Shown here in pieces: positions 16,599-24,000 of a stretch of 24,000 nt of DNA. The stretch spans positions 22,984-46,983 of the forward strand of contig CAKZSB010000026.1 in NCBI GenBank assembly GCA_937920585.1, given 5' to 3'. The stretch's first letter is position 1, and each line of letters opens with the position of its first letter. The notes beneath the pieces are model-generated. The model was given only the letters and a program-made list of their open reading frames with translations, was not told the DNA's origin and did no database searches. Source of the DNA: an uncultured Granulosicoccaceae bacterium. Its GTDB lineage: Bacteria; Pseudomonadota; Gammaproteobacteria; Granulosicoccales; Granulosicoccaceae. Both the position numbers and the translations under genes were made by a program.

Positions 16599-18530
16599 CT
16601 AGGCGGAATCACCACCGCTGAGTTCGACAATCAGTTCATTGACTCGCTGCACGAATCCGGCCGCGTCATCGAGTTGCCCGCCTTCGGCAAGTACTGCCTG
16701 ATCGAGCAACAGCTGACTCCAGTCACCAAACCGGTCTTCGTCACTTTCAACATCCATTTTCTTAAGTATCGGATGCGATGGATTTATTTCCAGTGTCGGT
16801 TTGTTTTCGGGTATTTCATGGCCAGCCTGCTTCATCAGCTGCTGCATGTGCAACGCCATGTCCTGCTCGCCCAGCACGACGCAGGCGGGGGACGTGGTCA
16901 GTCGATGCGATACTTTTACGTCTGCAACTTTGTCGCCAAGCCTGGACGCAAGGCGTTCGACGAGCTTTTTGGCATCTTTTTCAACGGTTTCCTGCTTTTC
17001 CTTTTCGTCCTTGTCCTGCACCTCGCCCAGATCCAGATCACCCTTGGCGACCGATGTCAGCGACTTGCCATCGAATTCGTTGAGGTAGGACATCATCCAT
17101 TCGTCAACCCGGTCATACATGACCAGCACCTCGATGCCTTTCTTGGCAAAAATTTCCAGGTGAGGGCTGTTTTTGCCGGCATTGAAGCTATCTGCCGTGA
17201 TGTAGTAGATCTTGTCCTGCCCGGCCTGCATGCGAGCGATATAGGCAGACAGGCTGACATTCTGGGCTTCGGTTCCGCCATGAGTAGAGGCGAAGCGGTA
17301 GAGTCCGGCGACTTGCTCTTTGTTGGCAAAGTCCTCACCCGGCGCTTCCTTCAGGCAGCGACCGAACGCATCCCAGAAGCCCTGGTACTTTTCAGGCTCG
17401 TTGTCGGCCATATTTTCAAGCAGCGAAAGCACCTTCTTGACCGACGCGCCTCGAATGCTCTCGATGGCCTTGTTGCTCTGCAGAATTTCGCGCGATACGT
17501 TCAGTGGCAAATCGCTGGAATCGACGAGCCCGCGAACAAATCGCAGGTAGCGCGGCATCATCTTTTCCGTTTCATCCATGATGAAAACACGCTGCACGTA
17601 CAGCTTTATACCGTGATGCTGGTTGTGGTCGTATAGATCGAACGGTGCTTTTTTCGGCAGATACAGCAGCGAGGTATACTCATATTTGCCCTCTACCCGA
17701 TTGTGCGACCAGGCCAGCGGATCTTCCCAGTCGTGGCCGATCTGCTTGTAGAACGCTTTGTACTCGTCGTCGCTGATGTCTTTCTTGGGGCGAGTCCAGA
17801 GCGCTGAGGCGTCATTGATTTTCTCAAGTTGCGGCTCTTTCGGCTCTGCGGCGTCGTCTTTTTCGGCATCCGGATCCTCGTGGACAACCTCCAGCATCAT
17901 GATCGGGAAAGTGATGTGATCAGAGTACTTCTTGATCACACTGCGCAGGCGCCAGTTGTCGGCATATTCGACGCTGTCTTCGCGCAGGTACAGGGTCACT
18001 GAGGTGCCTTTTTCGGCCTTCTCAATGGTATCCAGCTGATAGGTGCCCGTGGCTTCGCTCTCCCACCGAACCCCGGCCGAGCTTTCATCGCCTGCGCGTC
18101 GAGTCTCCAGCACGACTTTGTCAGCCACTACAAATGCCGAGTAAAAACCGACACCGAACTGGCCGATCAACTGGGCGTCCTGTTGCTGGTCCCCGGTGAG
18201 CGAATCGAGAAACTGGCGCGTACCGGATTTGGCTATTGTGCCAATGTTGCCGATCACTTCCTCGCGATTCATGCCGATGCCATTATCGCTGACGGTTACG
18301 GTCTTTGCGTCGGCGTCGAACGCGACAGTGATGGCGAGCTCCGCGCCGCCTTCGTTCAGCGCGTCATCGGCAACCGCCTCAAAGCGCAATTTGTCACAGG
18401 CATCCGACGCATTGGAAATCAGCTCGCGAAGGAATATCTCCTTGTTCGAATACAGTGAGTGGATCATCAGCTTCAGCAGCTGATTGACCTCGGCCTGAAA
18501 CTCCATTTTTTCGCCGGTAGCTTCTGTCAT
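16599..18530 (-). CDS. htpG: Molecular chaperone HtpG (Hsp90)
   Basis: 'FQAEVNQLLKLMIHSLYSNKEIFLRELISNASDACDKLRF', 'VSDNGIGMNREEVIGNIGTIAKSGT', 'IGQFGVGFYSAFVVAD' and 643 aa length. Confidence 0.98.
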   Translation of the reverse strand: MTEATGEKMEFQAEVNQLLKLMIHSLYSNKEIFLRELISNASDACDKLRFEAVADDALNEGGAELAITVAFDADAKTVTVSDNGIGMNREEVIGNIGTIAKSGTRQFLDSLTGDQQQDAQLIGQFGVGFYSAFVVADKVVLETRRAGDESSAGVRWESEATGTYQLDTIEKAEKGTSVTLYLREDSVEYADNWRLRSVIKKYSDHITFPIMMLEVVHEDPDAEKDDAAEPKEPQLEKINDASALWTRPKKDISDDEYKAFYKQIGHDWEDPLAWSHNRVEGKYEYTSLLYLPKKAPFDLYDHNQHHGIKLYVQRVFIMDETEKMMPRYLRFVRGLVDSSDLPLNVSREILQSNKAIESIRGASVKKVLSLLENMADNEPEKYQGFWDAFGRCLKEAPGEDFANKEQVAGLYRFASTHGGTEAQNVSLSAYIARMQAGQDKIYYITADSFNAGKNSPHLEIFAKKGIEVLVMYDRVDEWMMSYLNEFDGKSLTSVAKGDLDLGEVQDKDEKEKQETVEKDAKKLVERLASRLGDKVADVKVSHRLTTSPACVVLGEQDMALHMQQLMKQAGHEIPENKPTLEINPSHPILKKMDVESDEDRFGDWSQLLLDQAVLAEGGQLDDAAGFVQRVNELIVELSGGDSA

Positions 18531-18717
18531 TTTTTCATGAACCCGTATATCGAAATGAATTTACTGGATCCCGGTCGCGGACCGCTGATCCCTCTTCGGC
18601 GTGGCATTCCACGCGACTAAACGATCAACTACCTGAGGACATACCGACTGTTTTCAAGCGCTCATGCCGGATGTGATTGCGACGGTGGCACAGTCGTCAG
18701 GGGCAGTGACCATGCAG

Positions 18718-18742
18718 CACGGCGGCCATTGCGACCGCCGTG
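18718..18742. terminator. Hairpin between rplS and htpG
   Basis: CACGGCGG (18718-18725) / CCGCCGTG (18735-18742), 8-bp perfect stem with a 9-nt loop, about 24 bp downstream of the rplS stop. There is no U-tract on the minus strand. Confidence 0.4.
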
Positions 18743-18765
18743 TGGAAATTTTCCTGCCGCGAAAC

Positions 18766-19110
18766 CTAAAGCTTTTCTTTGATTCTCGCAGCCTTGCCCG
18801 TCAGGCCACGCAGGTAGTAGAGCTTGGATCGACGCACGTCACCACGGCGCTTGACGTTGATGTCAGCAATCATCGGGCTGTAGGTTTGAAAAACCCGTTC
18901 AACCCCTTCACCGTGAGAGATTTTGCGTACCGTAAATGCCGAATTCAGACCGCGATTGCGTTTGGCAATGACGACGCCCTCAAACGCCTGTTGCCGTTCG
19001 CGATTACCTTCCTTCACCACCACACTGACCACAACGGTATCACCCGGTGCAAATGCAGGAATCTCTTTTTGCATCTGCTCCGCATTCAATGCATCAATAA
19101 TATTGCTCAT
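18766..19110 (-). CDS. rplS: 50S ribosomal protein L19
   Basis: '[65 protein letters not shown]'. Confidence 0.98.
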   Translation of the reverse strand: MSNIIDALNAEQMQKEIPAFAPGDTVVVSVVVKEGNRERQQAFEGVVIAKRNRGLNSAFTVRKISHGEGVERVFQTYSPMIADINVKRRGDVRRSKLYYLRGLTGKAARIKEKL

Positions 19111-19166
19111 GAGGTTTGAACTCTAATCCAGTTTGTATTCATTAGCCGGCGAACCCTGCGGATTCA

Positions 19167-19889
19167 CTAACCCTTGTCTTCTTTATGCCGCGCTGGCCGG
19201 TCGGCCAGTAAGTCCGGACGTCGCTGCCGAGTGCGCTGCAGTGCCTGACCTTGTCGCCACTCCGCGATCGCCTGGTGGTCACCACTGCGCAGTACATCGG
19301 GTACCGCGACCCCGTCGTAGACCGCCGGACGAGTGTAGTGGGGATGATCCAGCATGCCATCGGTGGCAAAGGAATCGGCCACCGCTGACTCTTCATGCCC
19401 CAACACGCCCGGAATCTGCCGTGCCACTGCGTCAATAACCACCATGGCAGCCAACTCGCCACCACTCAACACATAGTCGCCCAGCGAAATTTCGCGGTCG
19501 ACCTTGCGCTGCACAACACGTTCATCAATTCCTTCGTACCGGCCGGCAACCAACACCAGGTCCGGCAAGCGGGCCAACTCCATCACCAGCGAGTGAGTCA
19601 GCTGTTCGCCCTGCGGGCTCATGTACACCACAACTGGCTTGCCCGCATGAGCGGCGCTGGCTGAATCAATCGCAGATTCAAGAGGCGCCGCCATCATTAC
19701 CATCCCGGGTCCGCCGCCGAATGGACGGTCATCCACCGAGTTGTGGCGATCAGTTGCGAAATCCCGCGGATTAGTGCAACTCACTGCCAGCAATTTTCTG
19801 TCAATCGCCCGGCCGGTTACCCCGCTCCGGGTTACCGCAGCCACCAGTTCCGGGAAGAGCGTTACGACGGATATCGTCGTTGCACTCAA
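19167..19889 (-). CDS. trmD: tRNA (guanine-N1)-methyltransferase TrmD
   Basis: '[29 protein letters not shown]', '[52 protein letters not shown]'. Confidence 0.97.
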   Translation of the reverse strand: MSATTISVVTLFPELVAAVTRSGVTGRAIDRKLLAVSCTNPRDFATDRHNSVDDRPFGGGPGMVMMAAPLESAIDSASAAHAGKPVVVYMSPQGEQLTHSLVMELARLPDLVLVAGRYEGIDERVVQRKVDREISLGDYVLSGGELAAMVVIDAVARQIPGVLGHEESAVADSFATDGMLDHPHYTRPAVYDGVAVPDVLRSGDHQAIAEWRQGQALQRTRQRRPDLLADRPARHKEDKG

Positions 19890-20410
19890 AAATCAGGATC
19901 CCAGTCGACTACGATCTTTCCGTTTTCCTGATCGACGTTCACGATCACATCGTCCATGATCCAGGGTATCAACCGCTCCCGGTCGCCATTCACAACCAGG
20001 ACGTCGTTGGCGCCGGTTTCCATCATCGACGCAACCTGCCCGAACGCTGTCCCCTGCTGATCCTCGACGTCCATGCCGATTAGGTCCATCCAGTAAAAGC
20101 CTTCGTCAAGCTGAGGCAGACTCTCGCGCGCGACCTGAATCTGCGCGCCAGTCAGCATAGCGGCGGCATCGCGATCGTCGATGCCCTCGAGCCGGATCAC
20201 CAGCCCTTTGCCATGCGGCTTTCCTTCTGCCACCACTCTTTCCGAGAGCTTGCCCTGCTGAACCAGCTGCCAGCCTTCGTAATTCAGTATTCCGATTACG
20301 GGGTCAGTAAATGACTGGACCTTCAGCCATCCGCGAACCCCGTAGGGCGCACCAATTTTCCCAACGGTTACAACATTTTGCGCATCCCTGGCCACAGCGT
20401 TTGCGCTCAA
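19886..20410 (-). CDS. rimM: Ribosome maturation factor RimM
   Basis: '[22 protein letters not shown]...ILNYEGWQL', '[35 protein letters not shown]'. It is located in the rpsP-rimM-trmD-rplS order and overlaps trmD by 4 nt. Confidence 0.96.
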   Translation of the reverse strand: MSANAVARDAQNVVTVGKIGAPYGVRGWLKVQSFTDPVIGILNYEGWQLVQQGKLSERVVAEGKPHGKGLVIRLEGIDDRDAAAMLTGAQIQVARESLPQLDEGFYWMDLIGMDVEDQQGTAFGQVASMMETGANDVLVVNGDRERLIPWIMDDVIVNVDQENGKIVVDWDPDF

Positions 20411-20420
20411 AACCCACTAA

Positions 20421-20684
20421 CTAGGCTGCTTCAGCTTGCGCTTTCTTATAGCCCTTGACGAGTTTGGCAACCCGCGGAGACAGCTGTGCGCCGTGACCAA
20501 CCCAGTGATCAATGCGGTCGAGTTCGAGTCTGAGGGTTACCGGCGTTATCTCGCTGGCCATCGGGTTATAGAAACCAACTCGCTCCAGATAACGACCATC
20601 GCGGCGATTGCGGCTGTCTGTGACGACTACCTGGTAAAAAGGTTGTTTTTTCGCGCCACCGCGCGACAATCTGATTGTGACCAT
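20421..20684 (-). CDS. rpsP: 30S ribosomal protein S16
   Basis: '[41 protein letters not shown]'. The start is re-assigned to 20684 (CAT at 20682-20684) instead of 20729 in the ORF track. Confidence 0.97.
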   Translation of the reverse strand: MVTIRLSRGGAKKQPFYQVVVTDSRNRRDGRYLERVGFYNPMASEITPVTLRLELDRIDHWVGHGAQLSPRVAKLVKGYKKAQAEAA

Positions 20685-20783
20685 CTTCTTTCCGTTGTAC
20701 GGGAGCGACGCCCTCTGGCAGCCCTCCACGGTGAAACCCTCAAGTGTACTACAAAGCTCGGCAGAATAAAGCCTGTCCGCAGA

Positions 20784-22142
20784 TTAAATGCCCATCCCGG
20801 GGGGCAACTGCCCTTTCATGCCGCGCAACATCTTCTTCATTCCGCCGCGCGCCATCTTTTTCATCATCTTGCTCATCTGCGCATGCTGCTTCATGAGCTT
20901 GTTGATCTCCTGCACCTGGGTTCCGGATCCCATCGCGATGCGTCGCTTGCGAGACCCTTTGATCACCGCCGGAAATTTTCGCTCGTGTGGTGTCATCGAG
21001 TTGATGATCGCGATGGTGCGGCGGATTTCCTTGTCATTCGCCTGATTCTTGACGGCATCGGGCAGATTCGCCGCGCCGGGCAATTTATCGATGAACGAGG
21101 ACATGCCGCCCATTTTCAGCATCTGCTCCATCTGGTCGCGCAAATCGAGCATATCGAATGACTTGCCCTTATTGATTTTGCGTGCCAGCTTTTCCGCTTT
21201 CTGGTGATCGACTTTCTCCTGCACTTCCTCGACCAGACTGACCACGTCGCCCATACCCAGGATGCGCGAGGCGATGCGGTCGGGGTGGAAAGTCTCCAGG
21301 GCGGTAAGCTTTTCACCTGCACCGATAAATTTGATCGGTTTGCCTGTCACCATGCGAACCGACAGCGCCGCACCGCCGCGCGCATCACCGTCCGTTTTGG
21401 TCAGCACCACGCCAGTGAGCGGCAGCGTCTCGCCAAAGGCGGCAGCCGTGTTCGCGGCATCCTGGCCGGTCATGCTATCGACGACGAACAGCGTCTCGGC
21501 CGGCTGCAAAGTTGTGTTGAGCTGACTGATTTCGTCCATCATTTCCTGATCGACAGCCAGGCGACCGGCGGTATCGACGATCAGCACGTCAATGAACTGC
21601 TTACGCGCCTGATCCAGCGCGTTCTTTGCGATGTCGACAGGTTTCTGATCGGGCTCGCTGGGATAGAAAGCCACGTCGATGTCGGTGGCGAGCTTCTGCA
21701 ACTGTGCAATCGCCGCAGGACGGTAGACGTCACAGCTGACGACCATCACCTTGCGCTTGTCACGCTCCTTTAGCCGCAACGCCAGCTTGCCGGTGGTGGT
21801 GGTTTTACCCGAGCCCTGCAAGCCGGCCATCAGTACGACGGCCGGTGGCTGAGTATTGAGCTCCAGACCAACCGACTGCTCGCCCATGATCTGCACCAGC
21901 TCATCATTGACGATCTTGATCAACGCCTGCCCGGGTGACAGGCTGGTAAGCACCTCCTGGCCAATCGCCTTATCGCGCACCGCGTCGATGAGCTGCTTGA
22001 CAACCGGCAGGGCAACATCGGCCTCCAGCAGCGCCAGACGCACCTCACGCAAGGTGTCCTTGACGTTTTGCTCGCTAAGCCGCCCTTGTCCGCGGAGGTT
22101 TTTTATCGAGCGATTCAGCCGTTCACTGAGGCTTTCAAACAT
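20784..22142 (-). CDS. ffh: Signal recognition particle protein Ffh
   Basis: 'MFESLSERLNRSIKNLRGQGRLSEQNV', G1 'GLQGSGKTTTTGKLA', 'DTAGR', 'TKTDGDARGG', and a Met-rich M-domain ending 'GGMKKMLRGMKGQLPPGMGI'. Confidence 0.98.
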   Translation of the reverse strand: MFESLSERLNRSIKNLRGQGRLSEQNVKDTLREVRLALLEADVALPVVKQLIDAVRDKAIGQEVLTSLSPGQALIKIVNDELVQIMGEQSVGLELNTQPPAVVLMAGLQGSGKTTTTGKLALRLKERDKRKVMVVSCDVYRPAAIAQLQKLATDIDVAFYPSEPDQKPVDIAKNALDQARKQFIDVLIVDTAGRLAVDQEMMDEISQLNTTLQPAETLFVVDSMTGQDAANTAAAFGETLPLTGVVLTKTDGDARGGAALSVRMVTGKPIKFIGAGEKLTALETFHPDRIASRILGMGDVVSLVEEVQEKVDHQKAEKLARKINKGKSFDMLDLRDQMEQMLKMGGMSSFIDKLPGAANLPDAVKNQANDKEIRRTIAIINSMTPHERKFPAVIKGSRKRRIAMGSGTQVQEINKLMKQHAQMSKMMKKMARGGMKKMLRGMKGQLPPGMGI

Positions 22143-22286
22143 TAGTGGTCACTCTGTTGGTGCAACAAAAATCATCATCCAGACCTGGATTATAAATCAA
22201 CTGGCAGGGCACAAAAGCGCCACTTGTCAGGCACACATTGCACTGTAAACCCATGTCAATCCTGCCATCCGATCAATTACTGGCGC

Positions 22287-22313
22287 TTGACAGTCGCCGG
22301 TACAGCCTATAAT
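22287..22313 (+). promoter_or_regulatory. Candidate sigma70-type promoter for the CorC/HlyC-family gene
   Basis: TTGACA (22287-22292) and TATAAT (22308-22313) consensus-perfect hexamers, but with a short 15-bp spacer, about 40 bp upstream of the TTG start. Confidence 0.5.
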
Positions 22314-22352
22314 TAGTACCTACGTGCTTAGTGCAAGGTCCAACAAACTCTC

Positions 22353-23690
22353 TTGAACGACGTTTCAGCCGGCGTGATTCTCATCGCGCTCTTCTTGCTC
22401 ATTGCACTGTCGGGGTTCTTTTCCGGATCGGAAACTGCCCTGATGACGCTCAATCGCTACCGCATGCGCAACCTCGCCAAGAACGGGCATCGCGGTGCGC
22501 AAAAGGCAGCCCGACTGCTGGAGACGCCCGATCGGCTGATCGGCCTCATCCTGCTTGGCAACAACTTTGTCAATATTCTCGCCTCGGCACTGGCTACTAT
22601 AGTGGCGATGCGGGTGTGGGGAGACAAGGGGGTGGTGTTTGTCACGGGCATTCTGACCCTGGTCATTCTCATTTTTGCCGAAGTCCTGCCCAAAACCTTC
22701 GCGACGATAAAATCGGAGCGGCTGGCGTTTCCCGCCGCCCACATCTACACCCCGCTGCTTCGCTTCACCTGGCCGATTGTCTATGTCATCAATTCGGTGG
22801 TCAATCGAATGCTCGCCGCCTTTGGTGTCAACGCGCGCGAATCCGGCTCGCGAGACAAGCTCAACAGCCAGGAGCTCCGAACTGTCGTCGATGAAGCCGG
22901 TGACATGATTCCCGATCGCCACCAGAAGCTGCTGCTGAATATTCTGGATATCGAGAAGGTCACTGTCGATGAAATTATGGTGCCACGCTCCGAAATCGTC
23001 GGTATCGATCTCAACGATCCGTGGCCTGAAATCCTTAAAAATCTCGGCAACAGCTCGCACAGCCGATTGCCGGTCTACCGAGAAGACATCGATAACGTTG
23101 AGGGTTTTGTCTACCTGCGAAAAATGCTCAATTTTCTCAAAGGCCAGGAACTGACGCAGGCCTACTTCGAGAGCAACGTGCGCGAGGCCTACTTCATCCC
23201 GGAGGGCACACCGGTCACTTTGCAGTTACTGAATTTCCAGAAACAGAAAAAACGCATCGGCCTGGTGGTTGACGAGTACGGTGATATCCAGGGCCTGGTG
23301 ACGATTGAGGACATACTCGAGGAGATCGTCGGCGAATTCACCAGCGACCCGGCCCAGCAGGAGAAATTTCGCGACATTTCAGCCCTGCAGGATGGCTCCT
23401 ACAGCGTTTTGGGCAGCACCACCGTGCGCGCGCTGAACAAAGAGCTCGACTGGAACCTGCCAACCGAGGGCCCCCGGACGGTCAACGGGCTGGTACTGGA
23501 ACACCTGCAAAACATCCCGGAAAAAGGCGCCTGCTTTATCATTAACGGCCGGCCGGTTGAGGTGACCCATGTACTGGGCAATGTTGTGCAGCGAGTGAGA
23601 ATCGATATCGCCCTGCCCGACTACCAGGCGCGCGATGACAGCGATGTCGAACTGACCGAAACCAAAATGCGTGCTTCGCTACAGTCGTGA
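22353..23690 (+). CDS. CorC/HlyC (CNNM, YfjD)-family membrane protein: DUF21, paired CBS and CorC_HlyC domains
   Basis: 'FFSGSETALMTLNRYRMRNLAKNGHRGAQKAARLLETPDRLIGLILLGNNFVNILAS', 'EIMVPRSEIVGIDL', 'GLVVDEYGDIQGLVTIEDILEEIVGEF'. Putative TTG start at 22353. Confidence 0.94.
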   Translation: MNDVSAGVILIALFLLIALSGFFSGSETALMTLNRYRMRNLAKNGHRGAQKAARLLETPDRLIGLILLGNNFVNILASALATIVAMRVWGDKGVVFVTGILTLVILIFAEVLPKTFATIKSERLAFPAAHIYTPLLRFTWPIVYVINSVVNRMLAAFGVNARESGSRDKLNSQELRTVVDEAGDMIPDRHQKLLLNILDIEKVTVDEIMVPRSEIVGIDLNDPWPEILKNLGNSSHSRLPVYREDIDNVEGFVYLRKMLNFLKGQELTQAYFESNVREAYFIPEGTPVTLQLLNFQKQKKRIGLVVDEYGDIQGLVTIEDILEEIVGEFTSDPAQQEKFRDISALQDGSYSVLGSTTVRALNKELDWNLPTEGPRTVNGLVLEHLQNIPEKGACFIINGRPVEVTHVLGNVVQRVRIDIALPDYQARDDSDVELTETKMRASLQS

Positions 23691-23748
23691 CTTGACTACA
23701 ATGCCCGGCATCGCGGCGCGCGGCGCAGGTTCTGGAGCATGAGGTTCA

Positions 23749-24000
23749 TTGGCCAAAGCAAAAACATCCTATCAATGCCGATCCTGTGGTGCACTTTCGC
23801 CAAAATGGAGCGGCCAGTGTGCCGATTGCGGCGAGTGGAACTCACTTGAGGAAGGTGCTGCGCCCGCAACTGGCAAGGTGGCCACGCCGCGTTTTCAGAG
23901 TTACACCGGCAACCAGTCGACAATAACCTCGATAGAGCACGTCACGCTCGACGAGCAACCGCGCACCAGTTGCGGCCTGCCTGAACTCGATCGCGCCATG
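23749..24000 (+). CDS. radA: DNA repair protein RadA (5' part; runs off window)
   Basis: Not in the ORF track. My translation from TTG at 23749 gives (M)AKAKTSYQCRSCGALSPKWSGQCADCGEWNSLEEGAAPATGKVATPRFQSYTGNQSTITSIEHVTLDEQPRTSCGLPELDRAM, which has the RadA N-terminal C4 zinc motif and the linker into the RecA-like domain ('LDRAM'). Confidence 0.9.
   Translation, partial: MAKAKTSYQCRSCGALSPKWSGQCADCGEWNSLEEGAAPATGKVATPRFQSYTGNQSTITSIEHVTLDEQPRTSCGLPELDRAM

Noticed and set aside
16401-17636. 411-aa + strand ORF opposite htpG
   Set aside because: Antisense shadow of the well-supported htpG coding frame. The translation (His/Leu/Val-rich, no recognisable domain) and the high-GC codon structure explain it.
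20436-21161. 241-aa + strand ORF opposite rpsP/ffh (and 21204..21773 +)
   Set aside because: Shadow ORFs antisense to rpsP and ffh, with no independent domain signal.
22331-22894. 187-aa + strand ORF overlapping the CorC/HlyC-family gene in another frame
   Set aside because: Frame-shifted reading of the confident 22353-23690 gene, with no recognisable product.

Overview
This window looks like ordinary gammaproteobacterial core chromosome. I see no transposase, integrase, phage gene, CRISPR array, rRNA or tRNA.

Gene order by coordinate:
- 3'-part of a 3-hydroxyacyl-CoA dehydrogenase (+), followed by a strong intrinsic terminator
- CLC-family chloride channel/transporter with CBS region (-)
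- mscL (-)
- secreted ComEA-like HhH protein (-)
- CHASE2 histidine kinase, secreted LysM-FecR protein and OmpR-type response regulator (all -)
- deoxynucleoside kinase (-)
- pcnB (-)
- P-II protein (-) and Amt ammonium transporter (-)
- hslR, two rSAM/selenodomain-associated glycosyltransferases and an ArsS-like radical SAM protein (all -)
- YcgL-family protein (+)
- two tandem mono-heme cytochromes c (-)
- htpG (-)
- rpsP-rimM-trmD-rplS operon (-)
- ffh (-)
- CorC/HlyC-type CBS membrane protein (+)
- 5' end of radA (+), absent from the ORF track

I did not find a clearly new system. The regions most worth follow-up are the CHASE2-kinase/LysM-FecR/response-regulator cassette, the radical-SAM plus two-glycosyltransferase cluster, and a structured intergenic region (about 15240-15370) between that cluster and the divergent YcgL gene. 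All product calls come from reading the translated sequences; no database search was run.
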